Part shown: positions 18,470 to 28,347 of the stretch, one piece after another | Layout of the letters: each line of letters starts with the position of its first letter | How positions within the stretch are numbered: position 1 is the first letter of the stretch | From: a virus | Lineage: Duplodnaviria; Caudoviricetes | DNA: 45,009 nt | Reading direction: 5' to 3' (one strand) | Virus record (IMG/VR): IMGVR_UViG_3300008255_000193 | Coordinates: 1 to 45,009 of that record | Notes under the pieces: generated by a model | What the model was told of the DNA's origin: nothing | The model's database searches: none | What the model saw: the letters and a program-made list of their open reading frames with translations, nothing else | Program-made: the position numbers and the translations under genes

Positions 18470-19483
18470 TTAACTGGTGAACTCGGCCGAAGCTTGTTCT
18501 GGGGTCAGGGTGACCGAAGCGTTGATTTGATTCCCGATCGGGAACGAACGTGCGATGCCCATGATGCCTTGCGTCAAGAGATACCCAGACTTTGCACGAT
18601 CAGGGAAAGCTTTCAAAGTGATGTTCGTGTTCTTTTTCGAGATCAGACCGTCATTGACACCGTCATCAAGCAACGCAGTGAATGACGCTTGACCAAGACT
18701 TTCAGAACTGGACGAGATCGATCCGCCGTAGAACTCTTCAGACGAGATACTGTGCGAAGTCTCTGCAGGCACGAAGTTCGAGGTCCGTGCCAGGTCTGCG
18801 AAGCTTGGGACGTAGTACTCAATGTAAATGTTCTTCGTAGCTGGCCCAGTGTGGATCAGTGGCAATGCTTCAGAGAACTCAACGAATGCGTTGGTCTTAC
18901 CAGCGATCGTCGAGCTTGCACCAACGCCGATGTTGTTGACAGTGTAGACCGGAAAGTCTGAACGCTCGGTGTACTGACCGTTTTGGAAGATCTCCGAAGT
19001 CGCGATAACTGCTGCTGCGGATGAAGCCACACGGATCTGGCCGAGCTCAACTGCATCGACAGGAATCAGAGGAGGACCGCCTGCTGCGCCACGAGTTTCG
19101 GAAAACGCAGTGGTGAGGCCGTCTATGCCAACGACAGAGCCCAAAGCACCGGTGTCATCGACAATGATCGAGATGACGCAAGCAACGTTTGTCGCTGGAC
19201 GATCAGCAGAAATGTCGACGGTCAAAGCCGAGACATCGTACACAACGCCTTTGCTGTTAACTTTGCAAGCAGCAACCGAGACGATGTCAGCAGCAACGTT
19301 AGTCGACAAAAGATTCAACCCGGTCACGACGCCATTTGGGCGAATGACTGGAGCGATAGCACCTGACATGACGGTGCCAGAAGGATTAAACACAGTGTTG
19401 TCGCCACTGTCGATTGCAGCTTCAAAGGCGACGATGGACTGCCCTGCTTCGAACTGAATTTTAGCATTCTTTGCTGTTGCCAT
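18470..19483 (-). CDS. Major tail (tube) protein
   Basis: 337 aa, directly upstream of the chaperone and tape measure genes; strong RBS; followed by a hairpin. Confidence 0.7.
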   Translation of the reverse strand: MATAKNAKIQFEAGQSIVAFEAAIDSGDNTVFNPSGTVMSGAIAPVIRPNGVVTGLNLLSTNVAADIVSVAACKVNSKGVVYDVSALTVDISADRPATNVACVISIIVDDTGALGSVVGIDGLTTAFSETRGAAGGPPLIPVDAVELGQIRVASSAAAVIATSEIFQNGQYTERSDFPVYTVNNIGVGASSTIAGKTNAFVEFSEALPLIHTGPATKNIYIEYYVPSFADLARTSNFVPAETSHSISSEEFYGGSISSSSESLGQASFTALLDDGVNDGLISKKNTNITLKAFPDRAKSGYLLTQGIMGIARSFPIGNQINASVTLTPEQASAEFTS

Positions 19484-19495
19484 TACCTTGCTCCT

Positions 19496-19990
19496 TTATT
19501 GTGGGATGATAGTGAACAAATCACCCATTGGCGAAATGTACTTGATTTGCAGTTCAACCGCTGCTCCGCACCACGGAGAATCTCCGCTGCCGATTTGGTA
19601 CCCTGCGTCGTACAAGATGACTTCTTCGACATTTGACTCCATCAAAAGGTCGATCTCGTCACTTACAGCTGGTGCAGACGTAGTTCTGGTCACACCAGTA
19701 AATATGCTGGCGATCAACTCTGCAGCCAAATCAGCAAAGTTATCGTCCCGAGTTAAGATTCTTGCATCGATAAGTACATGCAAGAAGTGGCGGTCTTCAC
19801 TGTACTCAGTTTGCTGAATAGAATGTCGAACAGGCCAAAAGTTCACAGCAGGGTACTCGCTGGTCTTGAACCCACCGAGCTTTCCTCTTGTGACTTTTGA
19901 AAACGCTAACGGATACCCATTCGATTGCTTGATGTTCAATTTCAAGCGCTCTTCGATCAAATCGAGGATGATCGTTTCTGACGGTTTCAT
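19496..19990 (-). CDS. Tail terminator/completion protein
   Basis: IKQSNGY...V.RG...YPAVNF pattern and synteny. Confidence 0.65.
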   Translation of the reverse strand: MKPSETIILDLIEERLKLNIKQSNGYPLAFSKVTRGKLGGFKTSEYPAVNFWPVRHSIQQTEYSEDRHFLHVLIDARILTRDDNFADLAAELIASIFTGVTRTTSAPAVSDEIDLLMESNVEEVILYDAGYQIGSGDSPWCGAAVELQIKYISPMGDLFTIIPQ

Positions 19991-20589
19991 AGTTGCAGTT
20001 TCCTCAGGTCATCAAGCAGCCCAGGAACAGCGGCGTCAGCAGCTGCCCTCATGCCTAATCTTGCAGGTATCTTAACCTCTTTGATCAAAATGTACATGAG
20101 GTCTCCATCAAGAAAAACGCCGTACTTCGAACGACTTCTCAATTGCGCAATGTAGCCGCCTTTATCGAAGACATCCTTTGGCGAAAACCTCGTCACTCCA
20201 GCAGCAGTCTGATTTGACTTCGTTGGAATGTTCAAGTACGGTCCGCCAGGAACATTCTTGTAAGCGTTCTTTGCTTTTACTGTGCCGCCATACTCATGAA
20301 TAGCAGCGTACACCACTGGAGTTCCGGCAAACAAACCAGCAGAGTAGAAGCTGGCTCTAAGGTCCTTCAACGAATTGCCGACGACTTCGACCTGCAACGA
20401 TTTACGTAGTAGGCCAGTCCTCGACTCCATGGGTGTTCCCGACAAGTTCTTTGATGTCTCAACATGCGCAGCAAGAACAGCTTTGCGAAACGCATCTTTG
20501 ACAGCAGGAAACGACTTCAACGGGATCTTCTTGAGGCTGTCTTGTACGATCTCAACGTTCTCGACTGAAATGCTTCCTAGTGTCGCCAT
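19987..20589 (-). CDS. Neck/tail completion protein (HK97 gp10 / Mu gpG-like)
   Basis: RTGLLRKS, YAAIHEYGG and VKIPAR motifs. Confidence 0.8.
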   Translation of the reverse strand: MATLGSISVENVEIVQDSLKKIPLKSFPAVKDAFRKAVLAAHVETSKNLSGTPMESRTGLLRKSLQVEVVGNSLKDLRASFYSAGLFAGTPVVYAAIHEYGGTVKAKNAYKNVPGGPYLNIPTKSNQTAAGVTRFSPKDVFDKGGYIAQLRSRSKYGVFLDGDLMYILIKEVKIPARLGMRAAADAAVPGLLDDLRKLQL

Positions 20590-21129
20590 CTACACGATCC
20601 TTGTGGGATGCAAATATGCGTCCAAGATATTTTTGACTTCATCAAGAAGCTTGAACCCTGGCTTTCGCACAGTACCTTGGTCAGTTGAAATCGACTCTGC
20701 GCCGATGATGTCTTTTTGTTGCCACTCAAAAGAGACTTGATACAACGCTGCTCTAGTGATGTTCGCTGGAAGCGTCTCAACAGAGTACCCTCCAACGTAC
20801 GTGATGACAACGTCTGCAGTAGTCGCTGAGGTCAACTGAATGCCGTGCTTCGTTCTTTTGAACTCTCCATCAGCAGCAGTAACTTCAACTCCGTCGACCG
20901 TGACTGACGTAATGCTGACGATCGGCAATGCGCTCAGTGCAAAGGTCTTTGCAGGATAAGTGTTGTAGAAAGTTTCTTCACGTTCGTCTTCGCCAAAAGC
21001 GATTCCGAGGTACGCTTCGATCGTGGCTTCAACGCTGTCTTTGATGACACTCAAAGCAGGGTAAGAAGATATGCTGCCTTCCTCCAAGCCTAACAGCGCT
21101 TTTAACGATTTGAATGTCACCAATTCCAT
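20590..21129 (-). CDS. Head-tail connector protein (gp6-like)
   Basis: LVTFKSLKALL...IEAYLG...LPIVSITSV...ITYVGGY...LPANI...EVKNILDAY. Confidence 0.85.
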   Translation of the reverse strand: MELVTFKSLKALLGLEEGSISSYPALSVIKDSVEATIEAYLGIAFGEDEREETFYNTYPAKTFALSALPIVSITSVTVDGVEVTAADGEFKRTKHGIQLTSATTADVVITYVGGYSVETLPANITRAALYQVSFEWQQKDIIGAESISTDQGTVRKPGFKLLDEVKNILDAYLHPTRIV

Positions 21130-21138
21130 GTCGAGTCC

Positions 21139-21168
21139 TAACGAAAGGGGTAGGGAGTGCCTACCCCT
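21139..21168 (-). terminator. Terminator candidate after the head gene block
   Basis: 9-bp stem aggggtagg/cctacccct (21146-21168) followed on the minus strand by TTCGTTA. Confidence 0.55.
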
Positions 21169-21174
21169 AGTTAT

Positions 21175-21552
21175 TTAGATCTGTACAGAACGCTTTGGAC
21201 CAGCAACGGTGACCACAGTAATGCCAGAACAGATACCAACTGCCGTCAAGAGGAGTCGGGCATACTGCTTTTCAAAAACCACGACATCGAAACGTGAGCT
21301 GCTACCGTCGACCGCAGTTTCAGCAGTGTTGCGCGGGTCGACTGCGTCAGTATAAGTCTGTTCCTCTGTAGGAGGATCGTCTGTAAACTGAATCTTTCCG
21401 GTTATCGAGGTTCCGATAGTGCCAGCAAGTGCAACGAACGAAGCAGAGCCATACTCGGCACCGTTGATAGCAGCTACGTCAACGGTGGTATCGGTCGCGG
21501 CAACATTGGCCATCATTGCCACATTGTAATTGGTACGAATATCATTTTTCAT
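21175..21552 (-). CDS. Putative capsid decoration/auxiliary protein, paralogue B
   Basis: Follows the capsid gene; beta-rich; paralogous to 21586..21969. Confidence 0.65.
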   Translation of the reverse strand: MKNDIRTNYNVAMMANVAATDTTVDVAAINGAEYGSASFVALAGTIGTSITGKIQFTDDPPTEEQTYTDAVDPRNTAETAVDGSSSRFDVVVFEKQYARLLLTAVGICSGITVVTVAGPKRSVQI

Positions 21553-21585
21553 AGCGTTATCTCCAAGCCTGAAAAGCTGTTTTAA

Positions 21586-21969
21586 TTACTCGGCAGAGAA
21601 CGGCAACCGAGGTCCGCGCACCCAAGCGATAGCGATTGTGTTTCCCCCGACTCCGGTAAGATGCAACTGAACCCACTGTTTCTCCCACACGTTAACGTGG
21701 AAGTCCATCCCGCCAGCGTCGTCGAGAAAATCGGTCATAGTGTTGCGCGGGTCGACTGCGTCGGAATAGGGGTCGATGTCGTCGTCGTCGCTGAACTGTA
21801 GGACGCCCGTTACAGAAGTTCCTACGATAATACCCTCGACGTGGAAAGACGCTCCCGCAAAGTCAGAATTAAACTCCAGTTGCGCGGTGCTGCTTTCGAC
21901 ATCCGTCAAGTCCAAAGCGTAGGTGTACACCCCAAAGTCGAAATTGGTTTTTACATCGTTTTTCATCAA
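21586..21969 (-). CDS. Putative capsid decoration/auxiliary protein, paralogue A
   Basis: Shares MKND..TN, QF.DD, Y.DAVDPRNT, EKQ and L.LT.VG with paralogue B. Confidence 0.65.
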   Translation of the reverse strand: MMKNDVKTNFDFGVYTYALDLTDVESSTAQLEFNSDFAGASFHVEGIIVGTSVTGVLQFSDDDDIDPYSDAVDPRNTMTDFLDDAGGMDFHVNVWEKQWVQLHLTGVGGNTIAIAWVRGPRLPFSAE

Positions 21970-22016
21970 AAACTCCTTTCCTGATGAATAAGCTTCTTTA
22001 TCTAAGGGTCAACCCA

Positions 22017-22082
22017 GAAAACGGGTTTCCAGATTGACCCCAGATTAACAATTAGTCGGTTACCTATAGGATCCTATAGGTA
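22017..22082 (+). repeat. Dispersed ~65-bp palindromic element, copy 3 (perfect TACCTATAGGATCCTATAGGTA at 22061-22082)
   Basis: Shares ttgaccccagattaac with copy 1 and ttaacaattagtc.gttacctataggatcctataggt with copy 5. Confidence 0.9.
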
Positions 22083-22095
22083 GCTTTTGACCGAT

Positions 22096-23271
22096 TTATG
22101 CAGAGATCTTGATCGGAGCGAACGCTTCGGCCATGACCGGCTTGCCACCAACACGCTTCTTGATGATGAACCCGATCTCATCGTCGTCAGCATAACGCTC
22201 GGAGAGACGTTGAACAGTCATCCCTTTGCGATCGCGGATCTTGTACTGAGTGAAATCGCCGATGACGATGGGGTACTTGCCCGCACTGATATCGTCCATG
22301 CCCTCTGGGTTTGCAATCGGACGACCCAGGAGAGTAGCCGGAGTGCCTGCTTGGACAGGAGGCTGCCACAGATACTGACCGTTGGTGTCCTTCAATGTAC
22401 GGATCACGCCTTCGGTTGTGCTGTTGAAGGCGAAAGTTGCACGACGACGGTAAACCTTTTTGAGGCTATGAAGAGCCTCGATCAGGCAGTCAACACCGTT
22501 ATGGGTTGCGTCGAACAATGCGCCAGCAACACCAGTCGCTACGAAGCGGCTGAGGATCGAGCTAGTTTTCATGACGCCGAGAGGTTGCTCAGAACCGGTA
22601 CCGACCATGAATGCGTCGTCCTCAGCTTCAGCCAACGCCATTGCGAATGCGCTGGTCAACTCAGCAACGATGTTCGCTTCAGCATCTTCCAGAGTGTTGT
22701 TGCTGATGGTGATCAGAGCACGCAGATCGTTGATCGGCATCTTCTCAGCACCGGTCTTGCTGTTCTGCTTGGAGATCGTGCCTGAACCCCAGCCAACAAC
22801 CGGTTTTGCCATCGAACTGAAGATGACGAGGTCGCGGCCAGTGGAGCCGACTTGACAAGCCCGACGGATCTCAGCTTCGTTGAAAGCTACCATCAGGATT
22901 CCAGTTTCGAAGGTGGGCGGAATCAAGATGCCGCCGTCAGTATCAGTGGAACCGTCGAGGGTACGGAGTTCTTGCTCCATGCCGCTACGAGCAAACTGAA
23001 CGAACGCTTTTTCACGTTTCTCCATCTCTGGAGTTTTGCCACGCTCTTCGCCAGCAGGTAGTTTGGCGAGCTGGATGGCTTTTTCCAGCACGTCTTGCTG
23101 CTTACGAAGCTCGGTGATAGCAGCATTGATCGCATCGACCTGCGTCTTGGTTTCGCTGGTCATTTCACCATTGCGCTTTTCCATTTCTTTGAGGCCCTTA
23201 TCATTGGCCTCACGGAGTTCGCAGAATTTGGTGTTGATCTGGTCGATCACTTCTTGAAGTTTTTCAGCCAT
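22096..23271 (-). CDS. Major capsid protein, HK97 fold, with an N-terminal coiled-coil delta domain
   Basis: DGGILIP, AFMVGTGSEQPLG, LKDTNGQYLWQP, LLGRPI, IGDF and RVGG motifs. Confidence 0.97.
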   Translation of the reverse strand: MAEKLQEVIDQINTKFCELREANDKGLKEMEKRNGEMTSETKTQVDAINAAITELRKQQDVLEKAIQLAKLPAGEERGKTPEMEKREKAFVQFARSGMEQELRTLDGSTDTDGGILIPPTFETGILMVAFNEAEIRRACQVGSTGRDLVIFSSMAKPVVGWGSGTISKQNSKTGAEKMPINDLRALITISNNTLEDAEANIVAELTSAFAMALAEAEDDAFMVGTGSEQPLGVMKTSSILSRFVATGVAGALFDATHNGVDCLIEALHSLKKVYRRRATFAFNSTTEGVIRTLKDTNGQYLWQPPVQAGTPATLLGRPIANPEGMDDISAGKYPIVIGDFTQYKIRDRKGMTVQRLSERYADDDEIGFIIKKRVGGKPVMAEAFAPIKISA

Positions 23272-23295
23272 GGTAGAGCTCCTTTTGCGGTTACT

Positions 23296-24351
23296 TTACA
23301 GGGTCAATTTGTTGAGCGCGTCCATTACCGAAGTAAGTGGATTTGCCGGTTCAGGTACATGTGCAGGTTCTTCTGAGCGAATTTCAAACAACGCCTTCAG
23401 CCTCTTGTGCTCTGCAGTCGTCAGTCCGTTTTCACGGAGCTCTTTGCAAACGTCTTCGAACTTTGAACGACGTTGCATCGAATGCGCAGTCATCAAACTC
23501 TGCGACAGCTCAGCCAGCTTCGTGGCTGCTTCCAACTTGAGTAGCTTACCACGTTTCAGCAATTCAAGCTCCGTAACAGTGAACGATGTCTCGGCTGCGA
23601 CGGCCTCCAGTGATCTTCCATTCAAAGCAGTGCGGAACTCTGCGGCTACTTCGTTGTCGATCGGCATGGAGTGAACTTCTGAACCTGCTACCCAAAACTT
23701 ATCTACGAAAGCAGTCACCCATTCGAGGTAGGCTGCATGGAACTGAGAAAGCGCGATATCCATCTTGGCAAGAAGCTCGGCTGATGTGTTGTCTCCCCAC
23801 CAAATGTCTGACAACGTTCCGTGCAGGGAGTCCGTCAGTACGTAGCCTCTACGGTACAACTCATTTTCTTTCATTGTACCACTAAAGTCATCTGCTCTGA
23901 CACTAGTTATTTTCGCTGCCTCATTGGCTTCGAAGGTGACTGGCGAAACTTCGTAGAGCTTCACTTCGAGGATGTTGCGTACACCATCGATGATCTTGTC
24001 CTTCACAGTGTTGAACCCGAATGACAAAGTGTCGATTGCTTCAGAGCGCATGAGTTCGTACACGTCCCTTGCTCTCTCGACGCCCATCGTCAACGATCCT
24101 TCGACATAGCAACCAGTGGCGTCCTCACGGATCTCATCAATCTTGCCGATGATTTTGCCGTGGTCGTCAAGAACCTTGATGCGGTTGCCACGCTCTTGAA
24201 TGGTTTTCGTAAAGCAGCCTTGTACGAAGGAGGAGCGGTAGCTATCGACCGTACCCCAAACTGCGATGTACCCGGCGAACTTACCTTCGGCTTCAGCTCT
24301 GAGCTCCAGGGCTTGCCGACCTCTTGTCTCCTTCTTTTCAACTTTTGGCAT
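23296..24351 (-). CDS. HK97-type prohead protease with a long C-terminal extension
   Basis: FAGYIAVWGTVDSY, DDH, LSFGF and LYEVSPVTFEANEAA motifs. Confidence 0.93.
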   Translation of the reverse strand: MPKVEKKETRGRQALELRAEAEGKFAGYIAVWGTVDSYRSSFVQGCFTKTIQERGNRIKVLDDHGKIIGKIDEIREDATGCYVEGSLTMGVERARDVYELMRSEAIDTLSFGFNTVKDKIIDGVRNILEVKLYEVSPVTFEANEAAKITSVRADDFSGTMKENELYRRGYVLTDSLHGTLSDIWWGDNTSAELLAKMDIALSQFHAAYLEWVTAFVDKFWVAGSEVHSMPIDNEVAAEFRTALNGRSLEAVAAETSFTVTELELLKRGKLLKLEAATKLAELSQSLMTAHSMQRRSKFEDVCKELRENGLTTAEHKRLKALFEIRSEEPAHVPEPANPLTSVMDALNKLTL

Positions 24352-24360
24352 TGCTATCTC

Positions 24361-26349
24361 CTAGCTAAATGTTAACGCACAACGGCAATTGACTCTGTCG
24401 GCAACATCGACGTCAGGGTCACCAGGAAAGCGAGGACCGATGCTGCCAATCTGAGCAGAGAAACGTTCATCAATCCCGACAGTCTCACCAGACCTTGCTG
24501 CATGAGTGTCACGAACTTCGAATCCACTTGTGACCCAAGTCTTTTTGGTCGCACCGGCTTCGATACCAGACACCAATTGTCCGACTGAAGCCGCGGCACC
24601 AACGACTGTTCTTGCGATCCTTGCTGCTCTTGCAGGAGAGAACGCACCGAGGTCTGCAATCGCTTGTGCTGCCGCAGCAACAGGTAGCCCTTGCGAAAGG
24701 ACGTCATTCACTTGTTCGATGATCATCGCAGTGGTGGACGCCATGATCAATGACGTCTCGTTCAGGATGATCGCCTCTTGTTCGAGGTACGCCAAGATCG
24801 CAAGTTGGACTGCGGTGGAGCGGATCTCTTCACCACTGTACTTCTCAGCAACCTTGACGTAGATGTTCTCGACAGCTTTGTACATGTTGTCCTTGAAGCT
24901 CTCAAGCGCAGCGGTAAAGTCTCCGCCGTTCAGCAATGCTTCTTCAACCGCTGCAGACTGCGCAGCAAGGACGACTGCCAGCTTGTCAGCATAGCGCATA
25001 GTGTCAGCTTCTTTTTGCAGAGCCATCTCTTCAGCAGAAACTCTCAGCTCTTTTTTCTTTGACCGCGGTTGGATGTTCGTGAGGATGTCAGTCATCGCTT
25101 GTTCGAGAGCTGGTGAAATGTCTTTACTGTCGATCTCGATCGAAGCTGACCGGGTGCTTGCAACGTCTGCAGCGGTCGAGGTCGTTGGTTGCTTGACGGG
25201 TTGATCCCAGCCATCGTACTTAGGAACGTTGAGCTTCAGCAATTGGTTGATCTTGTCCATCGGTACGCCCATGTCAGACAGCAACTTGGCAGACTTGATC
25301 TGGTCAAACCTTGCTTTGCGAATCGCTGGAACGTTCGACAGATCGTAGCAGATCTCTTCGCCAGGTTGAAGTTCGCCATCGAAGAAGAAGTTGAGCGTGT
25401 CTTTCAAGTCATCAAGTAACGGGACGATCGTGCCCATCCAAAAAATGAGCTCGGATGCAGCGTAGTTGTTGTACGTCATTGCGTCTGACACACCAGCCAA
25501 AGGACCGGGCACACCAAAGATGACGAAGATCTCTTCGCGGTTCATCTTGCGACCGTTAGAGTAGTCCATCTCAGAAGGTGTCGCAGCGATCCGGGTGTAC
25601 GTTGCTTCAGAACCGATTGCGCCAAGGCGCTTGCCTTGTTTACCACTGAACTTCTCGTTTAGCTTCTCGGTCAACTCTTCGAGGTCTTCAATGCGCTTGA
25701 ACTCACGCTTGAAAGTGAAGATACCATCAAGCACTCCACGATTTTGCATTGCAGACTTGTTCCAGTCTTGCTGCTCGGTGTCTGTGTCAACCGCCTTGGC
25801 TGCTGCTTGCAAAGGACCGATGCCAATGATCGGGTTCGCAGGATCAGGGAACAAAAAGTGGATGACCTCTTCAGGCTGGTAGATAATGCGATCCTCAGTT
25901 GCGTTGGCGTAGCCCTTGACCCATTCAACAGGGTCATTGGATGCGACAGGACGTAGACGATCAGGAGAGCATGGCCACAGCTCGGAGGTGCGGCCACGGA
26001 CTTTCACGGGGATCAGGTAGCTATTGCCACAAAGCTCCAACCAACTGATCATGAGCTCGAACATTGTTTGACGACTGATGCGTGGGTTCGGTCGTTCAAG
26101 TAGTTTCGTTAAATGATGGCTGGGCATAGTCTTACCATCTTTTTCGACATGCCATGGGACTGACGCACCAGAGATAGAGATCAATCGAACTGAGCGGTAC
26201 ACCCAGCCATTGGCCTTATACCCTTCTTTGACTGCCTTGGCTAACGTCAAGTCGGACCACGTTGGTGATGACATTTGCGTCATGTAGTGGTCGGCAATCG
26301 ACATGTTTCTTCGACCAATGAACGGCCAGTTACGTTGGAGTAAGAGCAT
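24361..26349 (-). CDS. Portal protein fused to a C-terminal MuF/SPP1 gp7-like minor head domain
   Basis: LLERPNP, GNSY, GIGPL and IFGVP (portal); RAARIART...KKTW...VRDTH...RFPGDP...VNCRC (MuF). Confidence 0.92.
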   Translation of the reverse strand: MLLLQRNWPFIGRRNMSIADHYMTQMSSPTWSDLTLAKAVKEGYKANGWVYRSVRLISISGASVPWHVEKDGKTMPSHHLTKLLERPNPRISRQTMFELMISWLELCGNSYLIPVKVRGRTSELWPCSPDRLRPVASNDPVEWVKGYANATEDRIIYQPEEVIHFLFPDPANPIIGIGPLQAAAKAVDTDTEQQDWNKSAMQNRGVLDGIFTFKREFKRIEDLEELTEKLNEKFSGKQGKRLGAIGSEATYTRIAATPSEMDYSNGRKMNREEIFVIFGVPGPLAGVSDAMTYNNYAASELIFWMGTIVPLLDDLKDTLNFFFDGELQPGEEICYDLSNVPAIRKARFDQIKSAKLLSDMGVPMDKINQLLKLNVPKYDGWDQPVKQPTTSTAADVASTRSASIEIDSKDISPALEQAMTDILTNIQPRSKKKELRVSAEEMALQKEADTMRYADKLAVVLAAQSAAVEEALLNGGDFTAALESFKDNMYKAVENIYVKVAEKYSGEEIRSTAVQLAILAYLEQEAIILNETSLIMASTTAMIIEQVNDVLSQGLPVAAAAQAIADLGAFSPARAARIARTVVGAAASVGQLVSGIEAGATKKTWVTSGFEVRDTHAARSGETVGIDERFSAQIGSIGPRFPGDPDVDVADRVNCRCALTFS

Positions 26350-26361
26350 TTGCTAGACCTT

Positions 26362-27645
26362 TCAAGCGATTAGAATGTCTGTGGCGCCCATCAGTTCAGT
26401 TAATGCCCAAACCAAAGCGTCCATCCTATCTGGCGACTTTTGACCCGGCGTCCAATCGCACATCTCGTCTTCCATCTTGTGGAACATTCCGATATGGTGG
26501 ACCAGACCTTTTTCGTACAATGCCGAGACAGGCTCTGCTCTTGTAACTTTGCCTCGACTTGCTCTGACACCTCTGAACGGCACCTGATGATCGACTGCCT
26601 CGATGACTTCCTTCACAAGGTCGCCACCGTTGTTGACCTCACCGATGATGCGATCAGCTTCCCATAAGTGGAATTGATGAATCGCGGCTGAAGCCCATTT
26701 CTTCGGAGTGTCATGCATGGTCGCATCGTTGAGAACGTAGTAATGACCATCAGACCCTTTGGCTGCAACCACAATGCCGGTTGAGTCAGAAGTCTGTTTG
26801 CTTGTGACCGCAGGGTCGACACCAACGACGACCTCAATTAGCTGGACCATATCTGGCACAGCACGGAGCCTCAAATCGTCGAGCATGCTTCGTTGCCAAA
26901 GAGCGTCTGGATTGTCTTCCAAGATCTCGGCATTGATCTCTTGCCGGCCAAGTCTTGTACCTTCGTACTTCTTGATGATTGCGGACACGAACGCTGGAGC
27001 AAGGTTGGCTATGTTTTCGTAGGTCGACCCGTTTGTGACAATTGTCAACGGGTCTTTGACGAGGTCTTTGATGATCGGCGTTGGTCTTGGCGTCGTTGTG
27101 ATGACTGCTCTTGGGTTTCTGCCAAGTCGCAATCCGAACAAGAACTGGTCCCAAGCTTCTGGGTAGTTCCAAGCGGCCAACTCATCGCACCAACCGTAGT
27201 CGTGCTGTGGACCGCGTAGCATGTCTGGTTCTTCAGCAGAGTATGTTGTTGCGATAGCACCGTTGCTGAATGTGACTCTTCGTTTCGAAGGAACGTAGAC
27301 CGGCTGATCCCAGGGTGGGAAGACTGACAGCAGGCCGGACTCTCCTTCGATCATTGTATCTCGGACATCAGCTGCTGTACGTCCGATCAATGCTATTCGT
27401 TTTGCTTCGCCACTGTAGACGACCTTCTTGACCGCCTCTGCGCCCGTTCTTGTCTTGCCGAATCCGCGGCCTGCTTTGATGAGCCAGTACCGCCAGTCTT
27501 TTCCTTCAGGGTACAGTTGGCTTGGTCGTGCCCATTCGTCCCAGTCGTAGAGGAATGCAAGTGCTTGCGCAGGAGTCAGTAGTTTCAGCGCAGACTGGAT
27601 GGCTTCAGGTTCAAGCTCACGTAGCCGGTACGCTAATCCCGCCAT
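26362..27645 (-). CDS. terL: Terminase large subunit
   Basis: AGRGFGKT Walker A, LRGPQ, WCDE Walker B, TTTP, VGVDPA and SPDRMDA nuclease motifs. Confidence 0.97.
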   Translation of the reverse strand: MAGLAYRLRELEPEAIQSALKLLTPAQALAFLYDWDEWARPSQLYPEGKDWRYWLIKAGRGFGKTRTGAEAVKKVVYSGEAKRIALIGRTAADVRDTMIEGESGLLSVFPPWDQPVYVPSKRRVTFSNGAIATTYSAEEPDMLRGPQHDYGWCDELAAWNYPEAWDQFLFGLRLGRNPRAVITTTPRPTPIIKDLVKDPLTIVTNGSTYENIANLAPAFVSAIIKKYEGTRLGRQEINAEILEDNPDALWQRSMLDDLRLRAVPDMVQLIEVVVGVDPAVTSKQTSDSTGIVVAAKGSDGHYYVLNDATMHDTPKKWASAAIHQFHLWEADRIIGEVNNGGDLVKEVIEAVDHQVPFRGVRASRGKVTRAEPVSALYEKGLVHHIGMFHKMEDEMCDWTPGQKSPDRMDALVWALTELMGATDILIA

Positions 27646-27647
27646 GC

Positions 27648-28115
27648 TTAGGCGATCTCCATCGTCTTCGTAGACTCTTTGATGCTGACCAGTTTGAGTT
27701 CAAGCAACGCTTTTGCGCCTTCAGCCAGGACATCGAACTGCGGGATGTCGACAGAAGCGTCAATTTCGATTGAGCGTAGTTTCGGTGAGATGTACTGCAA
27801 TAGCTCTTTAGCAATGCCAATTCGTTCACCAAGCGATGCTTGCGAATAGCCAAGCAACTTCTCAGCTTGATCAAGGAGCTCTGCCCACTCTTCAGGCGTC
27901 GGGGCTTGCCGGTCGCCCATGCTAAGGACCAGCCTCTTCAACCACGAATGAAACGGGTGTATCCCTAGACTCGGCTCCTCGCCAACCATGACTTGCGCCA
28001 GAAATGACTGCGGATCGCAATCAAGTTCCTGAAGCTTGTCGATGAACTGCTGTGAGCGTTTGTTCAGCGAGCCCTTTTGCCTGCCGCCCGTCTTGTTGTT
28101 GTTTTTGTCAGCCAT
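27648..28115 (-). CDS. terS: Terminase small subunit
   Basis: KTGGRQKGSLNK N-terminus and AKELLQYISPKLRSIE; directly upstream of terL. Confidence 0.8.
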   Translation of the reverse strand: MADKNNNKTGGRQKGSLNKRSQQFIDKLQELDCDPQSFLAQVMVGEEPSLGIHPFHSWLKRLVLSMGDRQAPTPEEWAELLDQAEKLLGYSQASLGERIGIAKELLQYISPKLRSIEIDASVDIPQFDVLAEGAKALLELKLVSIKESTKTMEIA

Positions 28116-28347
28116 ACATTCCTCGCTAGAAGATGTCTATTTTAGACTTCAAAAGTAGTAGCGCACTCATATATTCATTATATATCATGAGCTACAAAAT
28201 AGGAACTAATAATTGAAGTGGTCTCTTACCACATGTGGTATGAGCTTTTAGTGCCGAAGTCAACGTAGTTCCAAGCGACGATGTGGTAGCCTGCCTACGA
28301 CTGACCCAGTGAGTGCTGGTCGGAGGCAGGCTTTGGTTTTCATTCCG

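Noticed and set aside
22087-22785. Long opposite-strand ORFs (e.g. 22087..22785, 29049..29681, 40584..41285)
   Set aside because: Shadow frames of well-supported genes, lacking RBSs and motifs
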